In this document: positions 1-8,446 of the stretch, in pieces | Numbering within the stretch: the first letter of the stretch is position 1 | Layout of the letters: the number at the start of each line of letters is the position of its first letter | Assembly: GCA_937914725.1 (NCBI GenBank) | Contig: CALDMJ010000216.1 | Location: 1 to 39,215, forward strand | Length of the DNA stretch: 39,215 nucleotides | Direction of reading: 5' to 3' | DNA from: an uncultured Clostridia bacterium | Lineage (GTDB): Bacteria > Bacillota > Clostridia > Christensenellales > UBA1242 | The notes under the pieces: generated by a model | Seen by the model: only the letters and a program-made list of their open reading frames with translations | Told to the model about the DNA's origin: nothing | The model's database searches: none | Made by a program: the position numbers and the translations under genes

Positions 1-3000
1 CCCTCAGTTGAAAGCGGACGCGACAGAGTGCCATTTGAAACAAGAATTTCATCCGTTTGCCCATCGACAATATCAAATCCTGTCACCAAAAAGTCTACAA
101 CGTGCAATTTATTTACTATTCTTGATTTTGTTTTAACGCCATTGATTGTGCGTTCGACAACAAGTTCTACGTTAAAAGTCTTTCCTTTTTCAAACGCGGC
201 GTTTGCAAGAATGACATATTTGATTGTTTGTCTTTCGCCCGAAATAATTGTGTTTCCAGTTTTCACGAGCGAAACGCCTGCGACAATTGCACCGCTTGCA
301 TCCGTTATTTTGCTTGAAATGCCCGATGTTTCGTTGACAGCGCTATCGGTAACAACGGTAAATTCGTTGTTCACTTGATGTGCAACATAATATTCGTGCG
401 CAACACTCTTATATGTTCTGCCATTTGTCAAGTCAAATGTTAAATATGGCGCTTGCAAAGCGGTCAATTCGATTGTTTTTGTGATATAAGGCGCACTCTC
501 CCCCTCTTTGAATGCTGAAATCGTGATTGTGAACACTTGTCCCGTTGTGATAGAGGAGCCTGTAACGGTGCGCAAGAAAATTCTACCATCAAAGGCATAC
601 TCAAAGTTGCCGTCCTCTTTCAAGCGTTTTGTAGATTGACGTTTGACACTGATACCATTTGTGATGATTTGAGTATTTTCAACTCTTGTATCATAGTTAT
701 TTGCGTCGATATTGTAGTAAACTTGCTCAAAAGTGATTATGTCATTTTGAACAGTGCTACTTGTGATTTCAAGTCTATCGAATGTACTATAGTCGGGATA
801 TAAATTTACAACAAGCAATCCATATTGCCCTGGGATGATTTTGGTCGAAACTTCTTCCCCAGCGCCCGTCAAGTTTGCGTCAAAATCGGCGCCGTCGTTG
901 TAGTGATTTACCAAAATATTCGAAAGAGATTGCGGAACAAGCGTCAAAGTGAACGATTTTGTTGCTTTTGTTCCATTTGCATATGTCACACCAAATTCGA
1001 TTGTAAATGCTTCTCTTTGCAAAATTGCAAGGGCCCCATCTACATTTGTGCTTGGTGCAATTTCGAATGTTAATGTCTTTGTGTTTTGCGTTTCGTCAAA
1101 TTGGGCTTGCAAAATCTCCATTGCAAACTTTGTATTTTGGGAAATTCCTTTGTTCATAACGCCTTGTGAGAGATCATATTCTTCACACTCTTTGACGTTG
1201 CCATCATTGTCTAGTTTGCTACCATTGTAGATTTTGACAAAGTCGATGATGTCATTTTTTTGGTCAGTTGTCAATGTGACGTCATAATTTAGTGTTGTGT
1301 CAGGCATTATTTCTTCACTTGCGCTTTGCAAATTGAAATTGCTTAAACCCTCGTAAATTATCAAGTCGAAGTCATAGTATATGTCAGACAAAACAACTTT
1401 TGTTTCCACAATTTCGGTGCCGCTGGAGAATTGCGCTGCGATATATGGATATATTCTTGCGCTTGTTGTGATGGCTGAAAGTGCGGTCATAATTTGACTT
1501 GCATCATATCTCACAAAAAACGACTTGTCATTATTTACTTCAAATCTATCAAATGTGACGATGTTTGCTTCGTCGAATGAGAACAAGTATCCACCGCTAG
1601 CAAGTGCTGCAAACTGACTTTCAACATCGTTGTTTGTTTCGACATTGTAGTTTGAAATCTTAAAATCGAAGGTTCCGTCAAGCGCGACTTTCAGTTCTTT
1701 ATAAGTTTGGTTGTTTTCAACGCGCTTATTGATGTTGTCGACATCAATGCTTGTGATGCCATAAACGACAAACACTTCGACGTCACAGAACACGCTTTCG
1801 TCAAGGTCACTGGCAAAGCGTAACACTGCGCGCCCTTGCCCGAGCGTTGTCATTGAAGCCCCTTCAACTTTCAGGACGTTTTGTCCCTCAATTACCTTGA
1901 CAATGACATTTTTGTTGCGGCTAGTGTTTGGCGAAACGACGATTGAGAACATATCTTTTAGATAGTAAACATTATTCGCTTCTGTGGCGTTTGCACCAGT
2001 ATTGTAGAACAAAATCAACTGCGTGTCACTGTTCTTGTAATATCTGTTGCCATCACCCATACGGCCGCGGTTTGCCTTGTTAAGTTCGCCGAGGACTCTT
2101 GCTTGCAAACTTGTTGGGCTTTGTGTAAGCAAAAGTTCCCCGCGGGCACTTTCTTCGGCAGCGTCGATTTTGATAATCTTCTTACCAAAGTTGATGCCTG
2201 ATTTCGTTGTGAAATCACTAGCATTTTCACTGTACATTGTTTGATTTGTCGTTGTAAAATCTCCAACATATGAAAGTGAATAGCAACTAGAGATTGCGCC
2301 GTTGTTTGAATCAACAAATATGTGCTGGATGTCTGTATTCAATTGGACATTTGCAAAACTTTTAGCAATTGTGCCGTCATTTCTACCTGCAAATGCGCCA
2401 AATTGGCTAATGTTGCTAGCTGAAATAGCGAAATCGGCATTTTCGTTGTTATTCTTCCTTTGCGCTGAATAGGAATTGATGAAACTATACTTGATTGTTC
2501 CTTCAGCGTTCGCACCGACGACGCCGCCGTAGTTAGCAAACATTGAATCGTCGTAGTTTTCAAAGTGCACCTTATCGTCGCAAATCTCGACGATGCCGAA
2601 TGTAATTGTTCCCGCAACTGCGCTTGACGCAAGTCTTGCGTTTTCGCCGACGATACCGCCCGCGAATTTGTTCGCTTTGATAAAGCCTGTGAATCTAACA
2701 CTAACTATGCTGCCGTAGTTGACTGCACTAATTCCGCCGACATATTGTGGGCTTGTAATCGTTGCTTTTGAATAAGCACCCGTAATTGATGCGAAGTTTA
2801 CGGCGCTAATTCCGCCGATAATCGCGTTTTGCGTATGGTTTTCAAAGTAGATGCTTGAGTTTACAGTTTCGTCGTTATAGTCGACATTGTAGTTTGTCTC
2901 ACCGCTTGATGGAGTTAAGAGGTCGCCGACAAACACAAATTGCCCGACAATGTTCTTGTGGTTTTCGCCGCATACGCCGCCAACTCTTACATTTGCAGTT

Positions 3001-6000
3001 GCTGCATCGTCAACAATAATGCCGTATGCACCGTATGTTATACTGCCCGAATTTTCGATAATTCCGTAGTTTGCACCTGAAATACCGCCGACAAGTGCAG
3101 TGCCTAATGTACTTTGCGTGTCATTCTTTGTTGCTTTGACAACAAGGTTGCCGTTAAATCTAACCTTTACATTACTAATTGTTCCGTAGTTCACGCCCGC
3201 AACAAAACCAAGATGCGAAACTTCGTTTGCGCCGAGCGAGGCATCAAAATTACTTGCCGTGACAGAAATTGTCAAATCTTTAATTGTAGCACCCTCAAGG
3301 ACTCCTTTGTCTTTCGTTCCAAGGCAAGCAAATAGCCCATAATAGCCATCCGCCGCCCCTTTGATGTTGAACTTGAGGTTGTTAATTCCATTAATAATTG
3401 TTTTCCCGTCGTTTATAATGTATTTCCCGCTCAAACTGCCTGTGAAAGGATTTTCCACACTGCCGATTGGCGTGAAGTTGTCGATTGCTGAAAGGTCAAT
3501 GCTTTGCGCAAGCACGTATGCTTTGTCCATTGCTTGCGAGATGTTTAGCAAATCGACATAACTTTCAATTTCGTACGGATTTTCGACCGAACCATCTGCA
3601 ACGCGTACGAGAATAACGCGTTTTTTCGTAATTTGGTCGTAATTTATCGTTTCGGACTTAATATTGTCGGCTGGAATGACCCAAACAACTGCGTATCCAC
3701 CAAGTCCGCTCTTTGGCGTGATGAGTCCGCTTTCTGTGACGTCGATTAGCGTCGACTCGCTGCGACTATAGTTTGCCTCGTCCGTAAACCAATTTTCACC
3801 GCCGCCTGTTTTTGTAATGTCAAATGCGTGGTAAATGAGCGTCCTATTTGCCGCATCGACAGGCATAGCGGTTGCCCTGATTTGGTAACTATCGCGGCTT
3901 GCAGCGCCTGAAATTGCCGTACCCTTCAAATATACGCCGCGCGAGGTGTTGTAATCTTCAAGCAAAATGCTTTCGACAGTTTTTGCGCGCTTGATTGTGA
4001 CCAAGCACTCTACTGTGAACGTGCGTGAATACTCCGTAACGGACGCGACAAGCGTAACGGTTCGCGAGTCGCCATCAGCGAGATTTAATTTACCTGTGAC
4101 GCGAACGCTACCATTCTCCAAAACTTCAATTATATCTTTATATTGCGTTTCCTTTATTGACCAAACAATATCTTGCTTGTTAATTGTCGCATTTGAAGGA
4201 ACAATGTTTGCACTGATTGTTGTTTGCGATTTGCCAATTTCGGAAATCCCAAGTGTGTTGATGTCAGTCAAAATGACTGTACTTGATGAAAGCGAAACGC
4301 TTTCAATCGGGATGATTGAAGAGAATAAAATTTCTTTTGTCATTTCATCGGTTTCAGTCATATTGCCTGTTTCGGCATCATATGTAAGCCCGATAACTGT
4401 GACAACAACCTTGAAACTCTTGACGACTGTTTGCGTTGTCAAAAAGCCATCTTTTGAAATGCTAACAAGTCCAGCGCTTGCGCCGTTGACTTCAGTGACC
4501 TCATATTTCACACTCTTAGTCTTGGACATAGCGGGATAATTTGCAACACCGATTTTTACATTGCGTCCCGCGACAATAACTGCGGATTCGACAGTCTGCC
4601 CGATTGTTGTGCCATTGTTTGAAGTGTAGTCAATCATCTTTCTTTCGATGACTTGCGCGTCGTCTTTTGGCGAGGCAAGGGTTGTGACAAAATCTTCAAA
4701 CGGAGCAACTACTTCTACCGCTGTTCGCCCATATGTATTGCCGTTTGAAACGTATGAAAGCGTTGCATAACCCGTCTTTAGTGCGTAAATGCGATGTGTT
4801 TGAGTTTCTTCATCATAGGCGACTTGGACAACTTCGGGGTTGTTTGATATAACTTCGACAGTAGATTTTCTTGCACCCGCTGGCTCGACTGTAAAACTTA
4901 GTTCGGTATTTGTCCCCCAGCCATATGATTCACTGTACCAAAGCGTAACTGATTGCGCAGCGGTGACGTTTTCGACTGCGGTCAAGCAGTTTACTTTGAC
5001 TATAAGTGGGTCGCAAAGAGATTCACCGACTGGCGCAATTTCAAAAGTAAATGTTTCATTTGCAAGCGTGCCATCGTGGCTAATAAACATTCTTGTTCCG
5101 CTTTCAATTTCGCCCTCCGCATTACCAACTGCGCCACCAAGAGAATCGACAATACTCAAGTGGTTTTTAATTTCCTCGCCGATTATCATTTTGTATTTTG
5201 CGTTGCTAGCACTATTGGGCTTGAGCGTAACGATAAACTCCGTGCCGCGATTCATACTTGTTCGACTTGCGTTGTAGACTGTGATTTCGTCATTTTCGGC
5301 GCTAGTGACTATTTCGGTGACTGCGTCAATTATCGTGAAATCGACTTTATGACTTGCAACAACCATATTTTCATAATCACTATAGTACACCTCAAACACA
5401 ACGCTTGTGTCGCCCGTGTCGATTGGGCTGAGAACCACTTGCGTGTTTGTGCGCGCAGATTCTTTTTCAGTCAAAAAACGCGTATCATTCGAAACAACTC
5501 TTATCGCAAGCATTTCTTTGACTGTGTCAATATTATAATCAAATGACACGGCAAACAACGCCTTTGTTGGGTCATTTTTCACCCACTGCATAGTGTCTTC
5601 CAAAGATTGATTGCCCTCATTGAAAGCGCCATAAAAAGCGATTTGCTCAGCGTTCACATTTGGCAAAACCGCAACGTCCACTTCCGCAAAAACTTCTGCA
5701 CTTTCTTTGAACTTTGGAGAAACGCGAACGCGGATAGTTTCGGTCGTAGCTTCCGTAACAGACAAGTTACCATCGCTATCAATGCTTGCGCCTGCAACAT
5801 CTTCCGCGAGACTAAATTCGACATCGCGAACATTTGCATCGCTCGGCGTGAACACGAGTTTTGTCACATCAATCTTTGTCGGTGCGCCGCCAATGACAAC
5901 CGCTGGTTCGTAATCCTTTTCAAAACTCAAAGCGGATACCTTGCGCACAATGCTGACTTTGACAGTCAACTTCTTGCCGCCCTCTTTTGAGTTTATGTAA

Positions 6001-6341
6001 AGCTCTACATTACCTGGTTTTTTTGCGATAATTTCCGCCGTTGTTGTGTCACCGTCAAGTTTTGTGCTTTTCACGTACAACTTTGACGTATCACTTGAAG
6101 TGAACATCGCTTCTTTAGAAATCTTTTCGCCGACTCCTGAAATCCTAACCTTGACCTCAGCCGTATTGGGGTCAAGCTCTCCTTCGGGGGTATTGACCTC
6201 AACATTTTCAGTGAGTTGAATTTCAATATTTGAATCAGTTATCAATTCCATTTTCATTTTTTGATACGGACTTCCGCAAGCAGATAGCGTGCAAGCGACG
6301 CCTATCAAAAATGTTATCAATAACGCATATAATTTCTTCAT
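1..6341 (-). CDS. Giant cell-surface lipoprotein, N-terminal 2113 codons only (C-terminus lies beyond the left window edge). Contains tandem Ig-like beta-sandwich modules and a central GLUG-motif repeat block.
   Basis: The ORF is absent from the supplied track because it is open at the window edge. ATG at 6341-6339 (minus) has GGAGA 4 nt upstream. I hand-translated this frame at 6341-6240, 3122-3060, 2830-2700 and 95-3 and found no stops there. The track lists no terminated ORF in this frame, which is also consistent with an open-ended ORF. The N-terminus reads MKKLYALLITFLIGVACTLSAC-GSPYQ, a signal peptide with lipobox L-S-A-C. Ig-like module signatures follow, for example TSSDTSKLYVKSTKLDGDTTTAEIIAKKPGNVELYI. 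Confidence 0.85.
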   Translation of the reverse strand, partial: MKKLYALLITFLIGVACTLSACGSPYQKMKMELITDSNIEIQLTENVEVNTPEGELDPNTAEVKVRISGVGEKISKEAMFTSSDTSKLYVKSTKLDGDTTTAEIIAKKPGNVELYINSKEGGKKLTVKVSIVRKVSALSFEKDYEPAVVIGGAPTKIDVTKLVFTPSDANVRDVEFSLAEDVAGASIDSDGNLSVTEATTETIRVRVSPKFKESAEVFAEVDVAVLPNVNAEQIAFYGAFNEGNQSLEDTMQWVKNDPTKALFAVSFDYNIDTVKEMLAIRVVSNDTRFLTEKESARTNTQVVLSPIDTGDTSVVFEVYYSDYENMVVASHKVDFTIIDAVTEIVTSAENDEITVYNASRTSMNRGTEFIVTLKPNSASNAKYKMIIGEEIKNHLSIVDSLGGAVGNAEGEIESGTRMFISHDGTLANETFTFEIAPVGESLCDPLIVKVNCLTAVENVTAAQSVTLWYSESYGWGTNTELSFTVEPAGARKSTVEVISNNPEVVQVAYDEETQTHRIYALKTGYATLSYVSNGNTYGRTAVEVVAPFEDFVTTLASPKDDAQVIERKMIDYTSNNGTTIGQTVESAVIVAGRNVKIGVANYPAMSKTKSVKYEVTEVNGASAGLVSISKDGFLTTQTVVKSFKVVVTVIGLTYDAETGNMTETDEMTKEILFSSIIPIESVSLSSSTVILTDINTLGISEIGKSQTTISANIVPSNATINKQDIVWSIKETQYKDIIEVLENGSVRVTGKLNLADGDSRTVTLVASVTEYSRTFTVECLVTIKRAKTVESILLEDYNTSRGVYLKGTAISGAASRDSYQIRATAMPVDAANRTLIYHAFDITKTGGGENWFTDEANYSRSESTLIDVTESGLITPKSGLGGYAVVWVIPADNIKSETINYDQITKKRVILVRVADGSVENPYEIESYVDLLNISQAMDKAYVLAQSIDLSAIDNFTPIGSVENPFTGSLSGKYIINDGKTIINGINNLKFNIKGAADGYYGLFACLGTKDKGVLEGATIKDLTISVTASNFDASLGANEVSHLGFVAGVNYGTISNVKVRFNGNLVVKATKNDTQSTLGTALVGGISGANYGIIENSGSITYGAYGIIVDDAATANVRVGGVCGENHKNIVGQFVFVGDLLTPSSGETNYNVDYNDETVNSSIYFENHTQNAIIGGISAVNFASITGAYSKATITSPQYVGGISAVNYGSIVSVRFTGFIKANKFAGGIVGENARLASSAVAGTITFGIVEICDDKVHFENYDDSMFANYGGVVGANAEGTIKYSFINSYSAQRKNNNENADFAISASNISQFGAFAGRNDGTIAKSFANVQLNTDIQHIFVDSNNGAISSCYSLSYVGDFTTTNQTMYSENASDFTTKSGINFGKKIIKIDAAEESARGELLLTQSPTSLQARVLGELNKANRGRMGDGNRYYKNSDTQLILFYNTGANATEANNVYYLKDMFSIVVSPNTSRNKNVIVKVIEGQNVLKVEGASMTTLGQGRAVLRFASDLDESVFCDVEVFVVYGITSIDVDNINKRVENNQTYKELKVALDGTFDFKISNYNVETNNDVESQFAALASGGYLFSFDEANIVTFDRFEVNNDKSFFVRYDASQIMTALSAITTSARIYPYIAAQFSSGTEIVETKVVLSDIYYDFDLIIYEGLSNFNLQSASEEIMPDTTLNYDVTLTTDQKNDIIDFVKIYNGSKLDNDGNVKECEEYDLSQGVMNKGISQNTKFAMEILQAQFDETQNTKTLTFEIAPSTNVDGALAILQREAFTIEFGVTYANGTKATKSFTLTLVPQSLSNILVNHYNDGADFDANLTGAGEEVSTKIIPGQYGLLVVNLYPDYSTFDRLEITSSTVQNDIITFEQVYYNIDANNYDTRVENTQIITNGISVKRQSTKRLKEDGNFEYAFDGRIFLRTVTGSSITTGQVFTITISAFKEGESAPYITKTIELTALQAPYLTFDLTNGRTYKSVAHEYYVAHQVNNEFTVVTDSAVNETSGISSKITDASGAIVAGVSLVKTGNTIISGERQTIKYVILANAAFEKGKTFNVELVVERTINGVKTKSRIVNKLHVVDFLVTGFDIVDGQTDEILVSNGTLSRPLSTE
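2345..3345 (-). repeat. Protein-level GLUG-motif repeat block (about 9 copies) inside the giant lipoprotein
   Basis: Hand translation gives recurring G-G-[IV]-x-G-x-N-x-G-x-I motifs: LVGGISGANYGIIENS (about 3095-3050), IIGGISAVNFASITGAYS (about 2822-2770), YVGGISAVNYGSIVSV (about 2745-2700). Further copies are FAGGIVGENARL, YGGVVGANAEGTIKYSF and FGAFAGRNDGTIAKSFA (about 2400-2345). The pattern matches the GLUG motif family (PF07581) from memory. Confidence 0.6.
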
Positions 6342-6457
6342 AAGTTCTCCAAACTCAATAACAATTTTCGCTTTGTTATAGTTTTTTCATTATTTTTTTT
6401 ATTATGCAATAAGGGTCAGCATTTGCGCCGATTTCAACCTATTCATACTATGGTTTT

Positions 6458-6487
6458 ATTATACCAATTTTGCGGCATTCAAGTCAA
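6458..6487 (-). promoter_or_regulatory. Sigma-A-type promoter for the giant lipoprotein gene
   Basis: On the minus strand: TTGACT (6487-6482), an 18-nt spacer ending in TGG, then TATAAT (6463-6458). This is an extended -10 and predicts a 5-prime UTR of roughly 110 nt before the ATG at 6341. Confidence 0.6.
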
Positions 6488-6496
6488 ACAAATTGA

Positions 6497-6683
6497 GGGC
6501 TTTCCAGCAAAAAAAAGGTACATAGTCAATTAACTATGTACCAAATAACATATAGTGCCACAGACTAAACCTGCAGCAGCGGGCTTTCCCGCAAAAAAAG
6601 CACATAACCAATTAACTATGTATCCAAATTGTATAGTGCCACAGTACAAACCTGCAGCAGCGGGCTTTGCCACTGCTGCAACG
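6497..6683. repeat. Tandem direct repeat, 2.2 copies of an 81-84 bp unit, intergenic
   Basis: Unit A is 6497-6580 and unit B is 6581-6661. A partial unit C starts at 6662. Every unit starts with GGGCTTTCC (GGGCTTTGCC in unit C), and units A and B end with CCTGCAGCAGC. Units A and B are roughly four-fifths identical by eye. Confidence 0.85.
6509..6542 (-). terminator. Intrinsic-terminator-like hairpin inside repeat unit A
   Basis: Perfect 10-bp stem ggtacatagt (6517-6526) / actatgtacc (6533-6542) with a 6-nt loop. On the minus strand it is followed directly by T8 (complement of A8 at 6509-6516). The equivalent hairpin in unit B has decayed to about 5 bp. Confidence 0.6.
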
Positions 6684-6685
6684 CA

Positions 6686-6710
6686 TAAAAAGAACGGCAA
6701 TTTGCCGTTC
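6686..6710 (-). terminator. Rho-independent terminator of the sipW/TasA-like operon
   Basis: Hairpin gaacggcaa/ttgccgttc (6692-6710) is followed on the minus strand by TTTTTAT. It lies about 55 nt downstream of the stop at 6765. Confidence 0.7.
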
Positions 6711-6764
6711 TCATAGTTTTTTTATCTATATTTACAGTAACTGTAGCAATGCACTATCGCGCTA

Positions 6765-7691
6765 TCATTTTGTTGCGTCCCTCATAATCCCTTTCCAAGT
6801 TTCAGGAGCACTGTTCCAGCAAGCGTCCGTTTGTGAACTCAAGTTTGAAACATTTGCATTGACAAACTTAATTGTAACTTTGACCGTAACCGACTTGTTT
6901 GCGTATTGATTTGCTATAGCCGATTCAGCAGTGACAGCATATTGCTTAAACAACACAGCAGTGCTTGTTGAACCACCGCTCTTCTTGGTAAGTACATTGT
7001 TATAATAATAATATTTAGTAGTAGCAGTTTTCCCTGTGTCGTTAATTTCTTCCTTAATATTGCCTACAGTCCAAAAACTCTCTCTCAATGTTGGCGTCGC
7101 AACCATTTCTATAGGATAAGTTGTGTCCTCTTGGTGTTCTTCATAGATTTCTATCTTGAAGCAAACAAAAACATCCCCTTCGCCGTTGTTGCGAACAGTA
7201 AGTCCCCTCTCAATCTTGTCGCCCATATTGTAATCTTTGACTTCATCACTGAATTTGCGAACAGTTTCACCATATGTCATACCCTCGTCAATGTCGACAG
7301 TGATTTCTTTTTCATCGCTGCTATTTAAAAGCATAGGAACAACAACTGCTGCGCCGACCGCGATTGCCGCGATAAGCACAACCAAAACAAGTGAAAATAC
7401 AAGTTTTTTGACAGTTCTTTTCTTTTTAGGGTCTTGACCGCCTTTTTTGCCTTGCATCGCGCTCTGAAGTTCGGCTTGCTTCGCTTCCTCAGTCGAAACA
7501 TCCGTGCTTGGTGCAGCCTTCGGCGCTTTAGGTGCGGCTGCAGCGGCGTTATCTGCCGTTGTTGGTGCTTTCTTTGTTGCTGGTGCTTTTTTAGGGGCAG
7601 CAGGTTTTGATGTAGCGGTTGTTGATGCCGCTTTCGGCGCGCTCGCCTTTGGTGCGGCGGGTTTGGTTGGTTTGATTGGTTCGTCTTCCAC
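6765..7691 (-). CDS. TasA/camelysin-like (SipW-dependent class) secreted protein with a long Pro/Ala/Lys-rich N-terminal extension and one TM helix
   Basis: 308-aa ORF with a GTG start at 7691, 7 nt after AGGAGG. Residues 1-96 are low complexity (KPAAPKKAPATKKAP). The TM helix is about residues 97-122. The ectodomain has TasA-like signatures: GDKIERGLTVRNNGEGDVFVCFKIEI, and a C-terminal YYYYNNVL...SVTVKVTIKFVNA pattern shared with the neighbouring 186-aa protein. Confidence 0.75.
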   Translation of the reverse strand: MEDEPIKPTKPAAPKASAPKAASTTATSKPAAPKKAPATKKAPTTADNAAAAAPKAPKAAPSTDVSTEEAKQAELQSAMQGKKGGQDPKKKRTVKKLVFSLVLVVLIAAIAVGAAVVVPMLLNSSDEKEITVDIDEGMTYGETVRKFSDEVKDYNMGDKIERGLTVRNNGEGDVFVCFKIEIYEEHQEDTTYPIEMVATPTLRESFWTVGNIKEEINDTGKTATTKYYYYNNVLTKKSGGSTSTAVLFKQYAVTAESAIANQYANKSVTVKVTIKFVNANVSNLSSQTDACWNSAPETWKGIMRDATK

Positions 7692-7801
7692 GATTTTTCC
7701 TCCTACTAACTTTACTTTCTTTATTTTATACTTTTTTTAAATTCAAAGCAAGCGTTTTGACGCACTTTTTGCATATTTTTGTCGATTTGCGGCATATTTC
7801 G

Positions 7802-8362
7802 TTATGGCAGGGCTGAAATCCATTCTTGTGGTGCGCCGACAAAGTTTGCCGAAATCATACTTTTGGTCGCTTGCATAACATCGACATTGACGCTAACATT
7901 AAGTCCGTTTTCATACACTGTTTCGTCATTTGTCGGGTCGACATCAAAACTTTCAATCAGTTTTACCGTTTGCCCTACGGCAAAAACGCCTTTATAGTAG
8001 AAGTAATTGCCCGACTGTAAAAATTTGCTTGAGTCGTAGTTGACGCTCAATGCGGCGTTGTCGGTAATGCTAAAGCGCAGGTAGCAATCAATCAAATTTG
8101 TCGTGTTTTTGCCCAATTTATCCCGCGCATTAATGACGCTGACGCTCTCATCAATTTGTCCACCCGTGTAGTTTGTGAGGTTTGCAAACAACGGCAAATC
8201 ATTGACAAACTCGAAGTTTGCTTCGCCAACGGTGATTGTTCCTTGCACTTGTGTGTTGCTGCTATAGTACGAAAAACTTGGTAATGTGGCGTATAAAACC
8301 ATTACTGCAAGTATTGCAACGCTAAGTAGTGCTATTATCAAATTTCCTATTTTTTCACTCAT
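7802..8362 (-). CDS. TasA/camelysin-like small secreted protein (SipW-dependent class)
   Basis: I prefer the ATG at 8362 (MSEKIGN..., AAGGTG 4 nt upstream) over the GTG at 8377 used by the track. The protein has an N-terminal hydrophobic signal-anchor, LIIALLSVAILAVMVLYATLPSFSYYSS. Typical family features follow: GTITVGEANFEF, and YFYYKGVFAVGQTV...LNVSVNVDVMQA near the C-terminus. It lies directly downstream of sipW. Confidence 0.75.
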   Translation of the reverse strand: MSEKIGNLIIALLSVAILAVMVLYATLPSFSYYSSNTQVQGTITVGEANFEFVNDLPLFANLTNYTGGQIDESVSVINARDKLGKNTTNLIDCYLRFSITDNAALSVNYDSSKFLQSGNYFYYKGVFAVGQTVKLIESFDVDPTNDETVYENGLNVSVNVDVMQATKSMISANFVGAPQEWISALP

Positions 8363-8408
8363 ATCACACCTTTTCACATTAGTGTGTTACAAAATGAAAA
8401 AAATATGC

Positions 8409-8430
8409 AAAAAGACTGCGAATGCAGTCT
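8409..8430 (-). terminator. Hairpin plus T-run between sipW and the first TasA-like gene (possible partial terminator or attenuator)
   Basis: Stem agactgc (8413-8419) / gcagtct (8424-8430) with a 4-nt loop. A-run and T-run flank it on both sides. It sits in the 84-nt gap between the sipW stop (8447) and the next start (8362). Confidence 0.5.
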
Positions 8431-8446
8431 TTTTGTTGTTAGATTA

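Noticed and set aside
2700-3120. Apparent frameshift in the giant lipoprotein gene (possible pseudogene)
   Set aside because: It was an indexing error on my part. After re-reading the coordinates, the GLUG motifs at about 3090, 2820 and 2735 are all in the same frame as the ATG at 6341.
3967-5546. Plus-strand ORFs of 145-197 aa (3967-4539, 4840-5277, 4953-5546) and other plus-strand ORFs across 28-6000
   Set aside because: They lie antisense to, or out of frame with, the open-ended giant lipoprotein frame. They have no RBS, and their products are Ser/Val/Thr/Cys/Phe-rich junk, typical of shadow ORFs.
6497-6683. Tandem repeat considered as a CRISPR array
   Set aside because: There are only 2.2 directly abutting copies of 81-84 bp with no spacers, and no cas genes are present in the window.
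7504-7740. Ala/Gly-rich 78-aa plus-strand ORF
   Set aside because: It is the mirror image of the Pro/Ala/Lys-rich coding segment on the minus strand and has no RBS.
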